Below, one piece after another: positions 49,375 to 57,998 of a stretch of 64,000 nt of DNA. The stretch is from Candidatus Hydrothermales bacterium (GTDB lineage: Bacteria > Hydrothermota > Hydrothermia > Hydrothermales > JAJRUZ01). The stretch lies in the NCBI GenBank assembly GCA_039630575.1, contig JBCNUW010000004.1, positions 36,146-100,145 on the forward strand, given 5' to 3'. How positions within the stretch are numbered: the first letter of the stretch is position 1; each line of letters opens with the position of its first letter. Both the position numbers and the translations under genes were made by a program. The notes beneath the pieces were generated by a model. That model saw only the letters and a list, made by a program, of their open reading frames with translations, had not been told where the DNA came from and made no database searches.

Positions 49375-50494
49375 CTATAGCAATTGAAAGACCTATAAAG
49401 AAAAAAAGGGGTAAAAGAATTTCGTCGGCAAAAATATTTATTTCAAAAAGCCCATACGTCAAAAAGGCAAAAAGATTTAAAAAGTTTAAAAAAGAAAAAA
49501 TATTTCTCTTTGAGTTTCTGTAAAGAATAAGTAGAAGATAAAGGTATAGGGAATAAAGGAAAATAAAGCCAAAAATGCCGAAATAAAAAAGAACTTGTAG
49601 ATAACTTACATGAAAATGATTCATATGCTTTAAAAGATTGAGTTTTTCCTTATTAAAATTTTCTTTTTCAAGTTGTGAGACTATCTTTTCTGTATGGACT
49701 CTTCCATATCCGAAAAACACTCTCTTAAAGAAAAAATCTGGAAAAGCCCTAATAAGTTCTAATCTTTTTTTTAAACTTTCCTCTCTTAATGCCGCTTCTC
49801 TTAAATTTAATGGATTTTTTAAAAGAAATGAAATTGAAAAAATTAAAAATACTATGGCTAAAGGTAAAATTAGTTTTCTTTTGAATTTATAGATCAGAAT
49901 TATTAAGGTTAAAAAGGTTACAATCAGTGCTCCTCTTGAATCAGTTAAAATTAAACCCAGAAGAAGTATTAAAAAGCTTAAAAAAAATATTAATTTTTGG
50001 GCTTTCTTTTTTTTAATAAAAAAAAGTCCCATTGAGAAAACTGTTGGTATCATAAGAAATCCAGAATAGGTAAGAGGGTGAAGAAAAAAACCATGGGCTC
50101 TTCCTTCATTTGCAGTCCCCTTTAAAATGTTGAAAATTGAATATAAAACTGAGATTAAGGAAAAGATTAAAAAAATTTTTAAAATTTTTTCTAACTTAAT
50201 TTTTTCATTAAAAATAAAAGCTGTAAGAAGTATTCCAAAATAAAAAAAGTATTCCCTAATCCTTTTGATTGCATCAAAGGGATCATACGATAAAAATGCT
50301 GATACTGTATAGGATAATAAAAAAAGAAAGAAGATTAAATAAAAAGTTTTAAATCTTCTTGAAAAGACTACAAATTCCTTAAATTTTATGATCGGAACTA
50401 TTATAAAAGACACAAATAAAATGGATGACAAAGTAATTGAAATTGGGAATGAAATTGGAGCTAAAATATAGATAATTTGTGAGAATATTTTCAT
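49346..50494 (-). CDS. O-antigen ligase (WaaL-like)
   Basis: Polytopic; RAHGFFLHP, LTDSRG, GYG, HFHVSYLQ..GIFG. Confidence 0.82.
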   Translation of the reverse strand: MKIFSQIIYILAPISFPISITLSSILFVSFIIVPIIKFKEFVVFSRRFKTFYLIFFLFLLSYTVSAFLSYDPFDAIKRIREYFFYFGILLTAFIFNEKIKLEKILKIFLIFSLISVLYSIFNILKGTANEGRAHGFFLHPLTYSGFLMIPTVFSMGLFFIKKKKAQKLIFFLSFLILLLGLILTDSRGALIVTFLTLIILIYKFKRKLILPLAIVFLIFSISFLLKNPLNLREAALREESLKKRLELIRAFPDFFFKRVFFGYGRVHTEKIVSQLEKENFNKEKLNLLKHMNHFHVSYLQVLFYFGIFGFIFLYSLYLYLLLILYRNSKRNIFSFLNFLNLFAFLTYGLFEINIFADEILLPLFFFIGLSIAIDEDNSIFRV

Positions 50495-50524
50495 TTAGAA
50501 ATTATAAAAGCTTAAAATAATTAA

Positions 50525-51109
50525 ATGCATATAAAAATTATTTATATTATTTTATCCTATTTTTTAGGAGCAATACCATTTGGATATTTATTTGTTAAAA
50601 CTTTAAGGGGTATTGACATAAGAAAGTTTGGAAGCGGAAACATAGGTGCTACAAATGTTTTTAGGTATGACAAAAAATTAGGTGCTTTAACCTTAATTTT
50701 TGATACTGCTAAGTCTTTTCTTCCAACATTCTTTGCTATAAAATTTTTTTCTTTTAATTTCGCAATTTTCGTTGCTTTCTCCTCTATTTTGGGGCATATT
50801 ACTTCTCCTTTTCTTAATTTCAGAGGAGGAAAAGGCATTGCTACAGCCTTTGGAGCCTATCTTGCTCTTGCTCCCTTTGCTGTTTTTATAGCTTTCCTTT
50901 TCTTCGTTACCTTTCTTTTACTTTTTAGAATTGTTTCTCTTAGTTCACTTGTTGCCTCATTAGCATGCCTTATAGTTATAGTATTTATTGAGGACTACCC
51001 TATTTACTTTGATTTTTTGTCTTTAATAGTAGTTTTCATTATTTATCTTGCACATCTTTCAAATATAAAAAGACTTTTGAAAGGAACTGAAAGAAAGATC
51101 AACTTATAG
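50525..51109 (+). CDS. plsY: acyl-phosphate glycerol-3-phosphate acyltransferase
   Basis: GSGNIGATNV, GH, FRGGKGIAT, HLSNIKRL. Confidence 0.95.
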   Translation: MHIKIIYIILSYFLGAIPFGYLFVKTLRGIDIRKFGSGNIGATNVFRYDKKLGALTLIFDTAKSFLPTFFAIKFFSFNFAIFVAFSSILGHITSPFLNFRGGKGIATAFGAYLALAPFAVFIAFLFFVTFLLLFRIVSLSSLVASLACLIVIVFIEDYPIYFDFLSLIVVFIIYLAHLSNIKRLLKGTERKINL

Positions 51110-51967
51110 GTGGATTTCAGCAATTTTATTATTGGAATTAGTGATTATAATGATGGGTTTGAGGCAGTGAGGGATTTTAAACCTTTTTCTATTTTTTTGA
51201 CAAGTTCCTTTAGAAACAAAGATTTGAGGGAGATAAAGGAGTTCATAAGAGATTTAAAAAAATTTTCAGGTTATGATTTGAAGTTTTCTACAGACCAGGA
51301 GGGTGGTTATGCCTCTTGGATTTTAGATGGGTATCCATCTCCGATGAGATGGGCGCAGAAAAGTTTTAAGGAGTTTGAAAGATCCTGTAAAGAAATGGCA
51401 AGAAAGCTCAAAAATATCGGTATTGATATAAATTTTGCTCCCTGTGTTGATATTTGCTATGACAATGAAAACGAAGTAATTTGCAAAAAAGAAAGAAGTT
51501 TTAGCAATAGTTTAAAAACTGTTGTGGACTATTCGTATAGATTTTATAAGATTATGAAAGAAAATGGAATAGAGTGTTGTGCCAAACATTTTGTTAATCA
51601 GGCAAGAGCAAAGGATGATCCCCATAAGGATTTACCTATATCTGATTTTAGTCTTAAAGATATTATAAAAGATTTTTTACCCTATAAAGTATTAATAAAA
51701 GAAGGTCTTTTTTATATAATGGTTGGTTATATAAAATATAAAAAAATTTCAGAGGAACCTGTTATTTTTTCTAGTTATTTCATAAAAGAATTATTAAGGA
51801 AAAGGCTTTCTTTTAGGGGAAAGGTGATAACTGATGACTTATTGATGGGTGGAATAAAAAAGTTTTATCCACTAAGCGAAAGTATTAAACTTTCCATAAA
51901 AGCTGGTTGTGATCTTATTTTAATTTCTGATTTTAAATTTTTGAAAAAATTTTTAAAAAAATCATAA
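51110..51967 (+). CDS. GH3 N-terminal domain protein (NagZ-like beta-hexosaminidase), divergent
   Basis: DQEGG, NFAPCVD, KHF..DPH, ITDDLLM, AGCD. Confidence 0.78.
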   Translation: MDFSNFIIGISDYNDGFEAVRDFKPFSIFLTSSFRNKDLREIKEFIRDLKKFSGYDLKFSTDQEGGYASWILDGYPSPMRWAQKSFKEFERSCKEMARKLKNIGIDINFAPCVDICYDNENEVICKKERSFSNSLKTVVDYSYRFYKIMKENGIECCAKHFVNQARAKDDPHKDLPISDFSLKDIIKDFLPYKVLIKEGLFYIMVGYIKYKKISEEPVIFSSYFIKELLRKRLSFRGKVITDDLLMGGIKKFYPLSESIKLSIKAGCDLILISDFKFLKKFLKKS

Positions 51968-51984
51968 AATTTTAAATCTACAAG

Positions 51985-52674
51985 ATGAAAGGATTATTCT
52001 TAGTTACTCCAGCAATTTTGTTTTCTCTTGGGATTTCACCATGTGATTTTCCTTTAGCGAGAAATCTCTCCAGGGGAGAGTATAAATTTGATGTAAGGTT
52101 TTATGGTAGTGGTGGTATTTTATTTTCTTTTGATGCCGCAATACTTGATAAATTTTTGATTGGTCTAAGATACGGAGGAACGGGGATTGTTGGTTCCGAA
52201 GGTGTTAAATTTAATCCTGCTCCTGGTGTTAATGTTTCATATTTAATGTTAGATGAATCAAGATATGTACCATCGATGATGGTAGGAATAGAGACTCAGG
52301 GTTTTGATCATTACATTGAAAGTAGTGAGAGATATTTTATAAAGTCAAGAGGTTTATATTTATGTGTAAGTAAAGAGTTCCCTTTTTTATCTGGTTTAAT
52401 TTTAAATGGAGGAATAAACAGGACCTTTGAAACAAAGGATGAAAAAAACGGTCTTGATTTATTCTCTTCTTTAATTTTTAATTTTTCAAAGGAATTTGGT
52501 ATTTTTTTTGAGTATGCTCTCGGATATAATGACCCTTTACATAAAGAAGGTATTTTTAATTCTGGTATCTCTTTTAATTTTATAGATCAGTTTTTCTTTT
52601 CTTTTTCTTTTAGGGATTTGTTATCAGACTCTTATACTAGAACTTTTCAAGTAGGATATAGGGGTTATCTATGA
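51985..52674 (+). CDS. putative outer-membrane beta-barrel protein
   Basis: Signal peptide and alternating beta-strand pattern with aromatic C-terminus. Confidence 0.55.
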   Translation: MKGLFLVTPAILFSLGISPCDFPLARNLSRGEYKFDVRFYGSGGILFSFDAAILDKFLIGLRYGGTGIVGSEGVKFNPAPGVNVSYLMLDESRYVPSMMVGIETQGFDHYIESSERYFIKSRGLYLCVSKEFPFLSGLILNGGINRTFETKDEKNGLDLFSSLIFNFSKEFGIFFEYALGYNDPLHKEGIFNSGISFNFIDQFFFSFSFRDLLSDSYTRTFQVGYRGYL

Positions 52675-53606
52675 AAAAGCTTAGAGTTGGAACTATAGGA
52701 GTTGGGTATCTTGGTTCAATTCATGTGAAACTCTTAAAGGAGATTGAAGAAGCTGAGGTTGTTTGTGTTTATGACTTAAGGGAGGACAGAGCAAAGGAGG
52801 TAGCGAAGGAGTTTGATCTATATCAAGCTAATTCTCCAAATGAACTTTTAGAGATGGTTGATGCTGTAACATGTGCGGTTCCTACACTCTCGCATTATGA
52901 AGTTGGACTTATGGTTTTAAAAAACAATAAGCATCTTTTTATGGAAAAACCAATAACAACAAAAATTAGTGAAGCAAAAAGACTTGTGAAAGAAGCAGAA
53001 AAAAGGGGACTTGTTTTACAGGTTGGTTTTGTAGAAAGGCTAAATCCTGGTATTTTGAGTATAAAGGATATTATTTCAAATCCGATGTTTATTGAGGCAG
53101 AAAGACTTACCACTTTTGTTGGTAGAGGTACAGATGTAGATGTTATTCTTGATCTTATGGTTCACGACATAGATCTTATTCTGTTGTTTAAAAATTCAGA
53201 AATAAAAAAATTAGAGGCTGTGGGTGTTCCTGTTATAACTGATAAAATAGATATTGCAAATGTTAGGGTTGAATTTAAGGACGGAGGTGTTTGTAATTTA
53301 ACTGCTTCAAGAATATCAAGAGAGCCTTTTAGAAAGATTCGTTTTTTTCAAAGGGATACTTATATTTCTGTTGATTTGAAGGAGAAATCAGCGCAGGTTT
53401 ATATAAAGAAGGATTCGCAAATTTTGCCCTATCCAGTTAAAAGTTTTAATATTAATCCATTAAAGGAAGAGCTTAAAAATTTCATTAGAGCCTGTTTGTA
53501 TGGCGAAAAAGTTCTTGTAGATGGGAGAGAAGCTATAAAGAGTTTAGCTATTGCCCTAAGGATAAAAAGGATCATAGAGAATAATCTAAAAAGGATAAAA
53601 TTTTGA
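52671..53606 (+). CDS. Gfo/Idh/MocA oxidoreductase, GnnA-like (UDP-GlcNAc 3-dehydrogenase)
   Basis: GVGYLG, EKP, QVGFVERLNP, DVILDLMVHDID, LTASR; in lpxB operon. Confidence 0.8.
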   Translation: MKKLRVGTIGVGYLGSIHVKLLKEIEEAEVVCVYDLREDRAKEVAKEFDLYQANSPNELLEMVDAVTCAVPTLSHYEVGLMVLKNNKHLFMEKPITTKISEAKRLVKEAEKRGLVLQVGFVERLNPGILSIKDIISNPMFIEAERLTTFVGRGTDVDVILDLMVHDIDLILLFKNSEIKKLEAVGVPVITDKIDIANVRVEFKDGGVCNLTASRISREPFRKIRFFQRDTYISVDLKEKSAQVYIKKDSQILPYPVKSFNINPLKEELKNFIRACLYGEKVLVDGREAIKSLAIALRIKRIIENNLKRIKF

Positions 53607-54169
53607 GTAGTTTCGGTGAGTTTTTATACAGAAACAGAGATAAAACATCTGTTCCCTTCTTTATAATTATGTTATTTTTCTCAGATCCCAATTTTAAAAA
53701 TTTTTTATTATTTCCGCTACTACTTTTAGGCGAGTTTTTAAGGATTTACAGTTTGATGTATGTGGGTGAGTTAACGCGTGCAAAAGAAATTAAAGCAAAT
53801 TTTCTTGTTACAGGTGGTCCTTATTCTTTTGTTAGAAATCCTATTTATTTAGGTAATTTTTTTATAGGTCTTTTTTTTGTTTTTTTTTATAATCCTCCGA
53901 TTATTTTTTATTTTTTATTTTTTATTTTATTTTTTGCCCAATATTATTTTATAATACTAGAGGAGGAGAAGTTCTTAGAAAGGCAATTTGGAGAAGAATA
54001 TAGGGAATATAAGAGAAAAACTTTTAGATTTATACCTAAATTTTCGCCGTTTGAGAAAAGAACAAAAAGAGTATACGGTTTTAAAGAGGTAATAAAATTT
54101 GAGAAGTCAACTTTGGTACTTATCTTTTTTCTAATAATTTTGGGCTTTTTACTAAATTTTTTAAAATGA
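53603..54169 (+). CDS. ICMT/PEMT-family membrane methyltransferase (LmtA-like)
   Basis: GEFLR, LVTGGPYSFVRNPIYLGN, EEKFL..FGEEY..Y. Confidence 0.75.
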   Translation: MSSFGEFLYRNRDKTSVPFFIIMLFFSDPNFKNFLLFPLLLLGEFLRIYSLMYVGELTRAKEIKANFLVTGGPYSFVRNPIYLGNFFIGLFFVFFYNPPIIFYFLFFILFFAQYYFIILEEEKFLERQFGEEYREYKRKTFRFIPKFSPFEKRTKRVYGFKEVIKFEKSTLVLIFFLIILGFLLNFLK

Positions 54170-55242
54170 AAATTCTTTTCGTAGCAGGTGAGCTTTCCGG
54201 TGATAGGAATGCTTCTTTTCTTATAAATAAGTTGAGGGAAAAAAGCAAGGATTTAGAAATTTATGCTTATGCTGGAAAGGAGAGTGAAAAACAGGGAGCA
54301 ATTTTGATTGAAGATATAACTCACAGGGCAGTTGTTGGTTTTACCGAGGCTTTTGGTACTGTTTTTTATTTTAAAAATTTACTCAAAGAAATTTATAATT
54401 TTGTAAGGAAAAAAAACATAAAAAAGGTCGTTCTTGTTGATTTTCCTGGTTTTAACTTAAATCTTGCAAGAATTTTAAAGAGGATAGACAGAGAAATTTT
54501 TTATTTTATACCACCTCAAGTTTGGGCATGGGGGTCTTGGAGGATTAAGGAACTTAGGAAATACACCGATAAGGTTCTCTCCACATTTCCCTTTGAGGCA
54601 GAGTTTTTAAGAAAAAAGAAAGTTAATGCTTTTTTTGTTGGTAATCCAATAGTTGAGCGGATCAGATGGAATGAAAATAAGGAAAAGATTATTATTTTCC
54701 TACCTGGTTCAAGAAAAAAGGAAATAAAAAGGCATGTTAAGGATATGATTAGAATAAGAGATTATATAGAAAGGGATTTTAAAGATTATAGATTTTTAAT
54801 TTCACTTTTATATAGTGATAGTGAGATCCTTTCTAAGGTTGAAGGTAAGTTTGAGATCATTGAGGGAGAGGCAGCACCATATATAGAGAAAGCAAGGTAT
54901 GCAATTACAGTGAGTGGAACAGCGGCACTTGAATGTGCTCTTGCAGGGACTCCTATGGTTGTTATATATAAAGTTTCAGAATTTACATATGTTTTAGGAA
55001 GGATGTTAACTAAAATTCCTTATGTCTCACTTGTAAATATAATTTTAAAAAAAAGAGTTATTCCTGAGTATGTCCAACATATAAATTTAAAGGAAATTAG
55101 AGAATTTTTAGTTACACTTAACTCAAAAAAAGAAAAATTAGAAGAAATCATTAGCTCCCTAAAATATTTGCGGCAAATACTTAAAAGTGAGAAAATTTTT
55201 AATCCTGTTTATTTAATACTAAATAAATTGAATAAAAATTAG
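54166..55242 (+). CDS. lpxB: lipid-A-disaccharide synthase
   Basis: AGELSGD, DFPGFN, PPQVWAW, FPFE, LPGSR, SGTAALE. Confidence 0.95.
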   Translation: MKILFVAGELSGDRNASFLINKLREKSKDLEIYAYAGKESEKQGAILIEDITHRAVVGFTEAFGTVFYFKNLLKEIYNFVRKKNIKKVVLVDFPGFNLNLARILKRIDREIFYFIPPQVWAWGSWRIKELRKYTDKVLSTFPFEAEFLRKKKVNAFFVGNPIVERIRWNENKEKIIIFLPGSRKKEIKRHVKDMIRIRDYIERDFKDYRFLISLLYSDSEILSKVEGKFEIIEGEAAPYIEKARYAITVSGTAALECALAGTPMVVIYKVSEFTYVLGRMLTKIPYVSLVNIILKKRVIPEYVQHINLKEIREFLVTLNSKKEKLEEIISSLKYLRQILKSEKIFNPVYLILNKLNKN

Positions 55243-55300
55243 ATTTTTAAATAATTTTAATTATAATTTTTATGAAAATGGCCTCTACCAATAAAAATAC

Positions 55301-55329
55301 TTGACAAAGTTTCTTTTTGATGTTATAAT
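55301..55329 (+). promoter_or_regulatory. perfect sigma70 promoter of the HU gene
   Basis: TTGACA-N17-TATAAT with extended -10 TG. Confidence 0.9.
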
Positions 55330-55338
55330 AATTTATAA

Positions 55339-55676
55339 ACCCGGGGGACGGAAAATCTAAAAAGGAGGTAAAAAATGAATAAAGCAGAACTTATCGATTA
55401 TGTTGCAAATAATGCAAAAATATCAAAAAAGGCTGCTGCAGCAGCCGTTGATGCATTTGTAGATGCTGTTAAACAAACCTTAAAAAAAGGATCAGAGTTA
55501 AGACTTGTTGGATTTGGAACCTTTGGAGTAAAGAAAAGAAAAGCAAGAAAGGGCAGGAATCCAAAAACAGGAGCTGAAATAAATATACCTGCCCAGAAAG
55601 TTCCATTTTTTAGACCTTCTTCTGATCTCAAAAATATTTTGAAAAAATAAAATTATCAAAAAGAGTTCCCCCGGGT
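55339..55676. repeat. 10-bp GC-rich inverted repeat bracketing the HU gene
   Basis: ACCCGGGGGA (55339-55348) / TCCCCCGGGT (55667-55676). Confidence 0.8.
55375..55650 (+). CDS. hup: DNA-binding protein HU
   Basis: MNKAELI, LVGFGTF, RKGRNPKTG; AAGGAGG RBS. Confidence 0.97.
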   Translation: MNKAELIDYVANNAKISKKAAAAAVDAFVDAVKQTLKKGSELRLVGFGTFGVKKRKARKGRNPKTGAEINIPAQKVPFFRPSSDLKNILKK

Positions 55677-55990
55677 CTAAATTTTTCTATTACTTCTTAA
55701 TTTTTCTATTTCCATACCTGATTTCTTTACTTCTACCTGATATATTAAAAGGATTAAAAATCATATCAATTTTAATTTCCTTAATCATGCTTTTCTATTC
55801 TATTTCACTTTTAAAAGATTTTCCCCTCTATAAAAGATATAAAGAGTTGATAGAGGATGATTTTAGTATTTATATTTTGAGAATTTCTACCTTTTCACTC
55901 TCAGCCGTTTTAGTTAATCTAAGTTTTACTAATTTATTTTTTATTTTGTTTTTCTTTATAGCATCCTTTATCTTTTTAAAAGATGAATAA
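55652..55990 (+). CDS. small multi-TM membrane protein; start uncertain (ATT 55652 or ATG 55787)
   Basis: Frame open from 55643; hydrophobic helices both before and after ATG 55787; overlaps the der start. Confidence 0.5.
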   Translation: MIKKSSPGSKFFYYFLIFLFPYLISLLLPDILKGLKIISILISLIMLFYSISLLKDFPLYKRYKELIEDDFSIYILRISTFSLSAVLVNLSFTNLFFILFFFIASFIFLKDE

Positions 55991-57242
55991 TTTACCATTT
56001 TTTGTGATCGTTGGTAAGGTTAATGTAGGTAAAAGCACACTCTTTAATTCAATAGTCGGGAAGAATATTGCGGTTACACACAGTATTCCTGGTGTCACAA
56101 GAGATGTTTTAAGAAAGAAAGTTTTCTTTGATGATTTTGCCTTTGAAATTTGTGATACTGGTGGTCTTTTTAATTCTCTTGATCCTTTAAGTGAGGAGGT
56201 AGAAAAAAAAATTTTAGAAGTATTAGATGAGGCAGATGCTTTTTTATTTGTTGTAGATGCAAAGGAAGGTTTGACCGAGAAAGACAAATTGATTATGGAT
56301 ATGTTAAGAAAAAAGGGAAAACCTATTTACTTAATTATTAATAAAATTGATGTAAAGGAAAAAAAAGAGGAAGAATTTGATGAATTAGCTATTAATAATG
56401 AGAGAATTTTTAAAATATCAGCTTCTCACAAAATTGGAATCTCTGCGTTAATAGAAAGATTATCGAGAGATTTTCCCTTTAAGGGAGAAAAAATTTCAAG
56501 AATTCCTGTGGTAATAATAGGAAGACCTAATGTTGGAAAGTCTTCTATTTTAAATTCTCTAATAGGTAAAGATCATGCTTTAGTATCACCTATTCCTGGA
56601 ACTACAAGAGACCCTGTTGAGTTTGAAATTAACGAATTTATTTTCATAGACACTGCAGGAATAAAAAGTAAATTTAATAGTGATCTTGAGTACTTTTCCT
56701 ATGTTAAAACTTCTCACTCTGTAGATTATGCTTTAATTGTTTTGTTTGTTATGGATGTAAGAGAGCCCTTTACGAGAATTGAGAGAAAAATTTTGTCGCT
56801 AATTGAGGAAAAGGGTAAGGGTATTATTATTATATTAAACAAAATAGATTTATTATCAAAAAAGGAAATAAGTGATATTTATAGTGAAAAAAGAGCGCTT
56901 TATCCTTACTTTTCCTATATTCCTCATATTTTTACATCAGCTACCTTGAAATATGGAATAGATTCTATCCCTTCAAAAATTAAAGATGTCTGGAAAGAGA
57001 TGAACAGAGAAATAAAAAGAAGTGAACTTAAAAAGTTTTTATTAAAGGCGATAAAGGAAAACTCACCACCCTGTTATATTAAGGATATAAGAGAAATAAG
57101 TAGAATTCCTCGTATTTACGCAGTTTTTTCGACTGATCTTTTAAGTAATGATTACATTAGGTATCTAAAGAATAAATTTAGGAAAGAGTTTAGATTTATG
57201 GGTGTTCCTTTTAAGGTATTTAATAAAGTTTATAAGTATTAA
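55983..57242 (+). CDS. der: ribosome biogenesis GTPase Der (EngA)
   Basis: Two G domains: GKVNVGKS/DTGG/NKID and GRPNVGKS/DTAG/NKID. Confidence 0.9.
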   Translation: MNNLPFFVIVGKVNVGKSTLFNSIVGKNIAVTHSIPGVTRDVLRKKVFFDDFAFEICDTGGLFNSLDPLSEEVEKKILEVLDEADAFLFVVDAKEGLTEKDKLIMDMLRKKGKPIYLIINKIDVKEKKEEEFDELAINNERIFKISASHKIGISALIERLSRDFPFKGEKISRIPVVIIGRPNVGKSSILNSLIGKDHALVSPIPGTTRDPVEFEINEFIFIDTAGIKSKFNSDLEYFSYVKTSHSVDYALIVLFVMDVREPFTRIERKILSLIEEKGKGIIIILNKIDLLSKKEISDIYSEKRALYPYFSYIPHIFTSATLKYGIDSIPSKIKDVWKEMNREIKRSELKKFLLKAIKENSPPCYIKDIREISRIPRIYAVFSTDLLSNDYIRYLKNKFRKEFRFMGVPFKVFNKVYKY

Positions 57243-57243
57243 T

Positions 57244-57969
57244 TTAGAATAAAACCTGACAGTTTTCACAGAAATAGGTTTTTCTTTTTGTTTTTCCCGT
57301 CAATTTTAATTTAACCTTTTCTTTACAAATCTTACAATATTTTTTTCCGTAGATTAGAAGATAATTTTTTAGTGATTTTTTTGATTTTCTTATATTATAA
57401 AAAAGTCTAGAAAAGGAGATGGTTTCTTTAATCAAATTTTCTATATATTCCTCTTCTATTTTTTTACCTACACTTAATGGATGAACTTTAGCTCTGAAGA
57501 GTGCTTCATTTTTAATTATGTTTCCAACACCAGCAAAAATTCTTTGATCTAAGAGGAGGTCGCAAATGAACTCCTTTGAATTAATTATCTTTTTTTTCGT
57601 CTTAAGAATGTCAAATTGTTTTTTCATTATATCAGTACTCGGATCGAAAATGAAATCTTCCTTGTTTAAAATTCTAATTGATGTGTTGTAAAAATTTATA
57701 AAAGTATCATTAAATTTTATTGATAGTCTCTCTTTCTTTTCCTTTTCTATTTTATTAATCCTTATCGAGCCGTACATCAAGAAATGGATTATAAGGTAAA
57801 AAAAATCAAATTCAAATATTAAATATTTGCCATGGCTTTTTATATCTATAATTTTTTTTCCTAAAATTATTTCCTTATTTTCACGAGTATTTCCTTTGAC
57901 CTCTAATGGAGTTTTTCCCTTTAGAAATTTTAATCTTTTTGCTATGAGGAAGACACAAGGTCCCTCCAT
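57244..57969 (-). CDS. Fpg/Nei family DNA glycosylase (endonuclease VIII-like)
   Basis: MEGP N-terminus, GKYL, HFLMYG, LLDQ..AGVGNIIKNE H2TH, C4 zinc finger. Confidence 0.88.
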   Translation of the reverse strand: MEGPCVFLIAKRLKFLKGKTPLEVKGNTRENKEIILGKKIIDIKSHGKYLIFEFDFFYLIIHFLMYGSIRINKIEKEKKERLSIKFNDTFINFYNTSIRILNKEDFIFDPSTDIMKKQFDILKTKKKIINSKEFICDLLLDQRIFAGVGNIIKNEALFRAKVHPLSVGKKIEEEYIENLIKETISFSRLFYNIRKSKKSLKNYLLIYGKKYCKICKEKVKLKLTGKTKRKTYFCENCQVLF

Positions 57970-57998
57970 AAAGTTATACTGCTACTTTTAAAAAAAGC

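Noticed and set aside
53868-53936. Poly-T runs as phase-variation tracts
   Set aside because: Phe-rich TM coding in an AT-rich genome; no frameshift evident.
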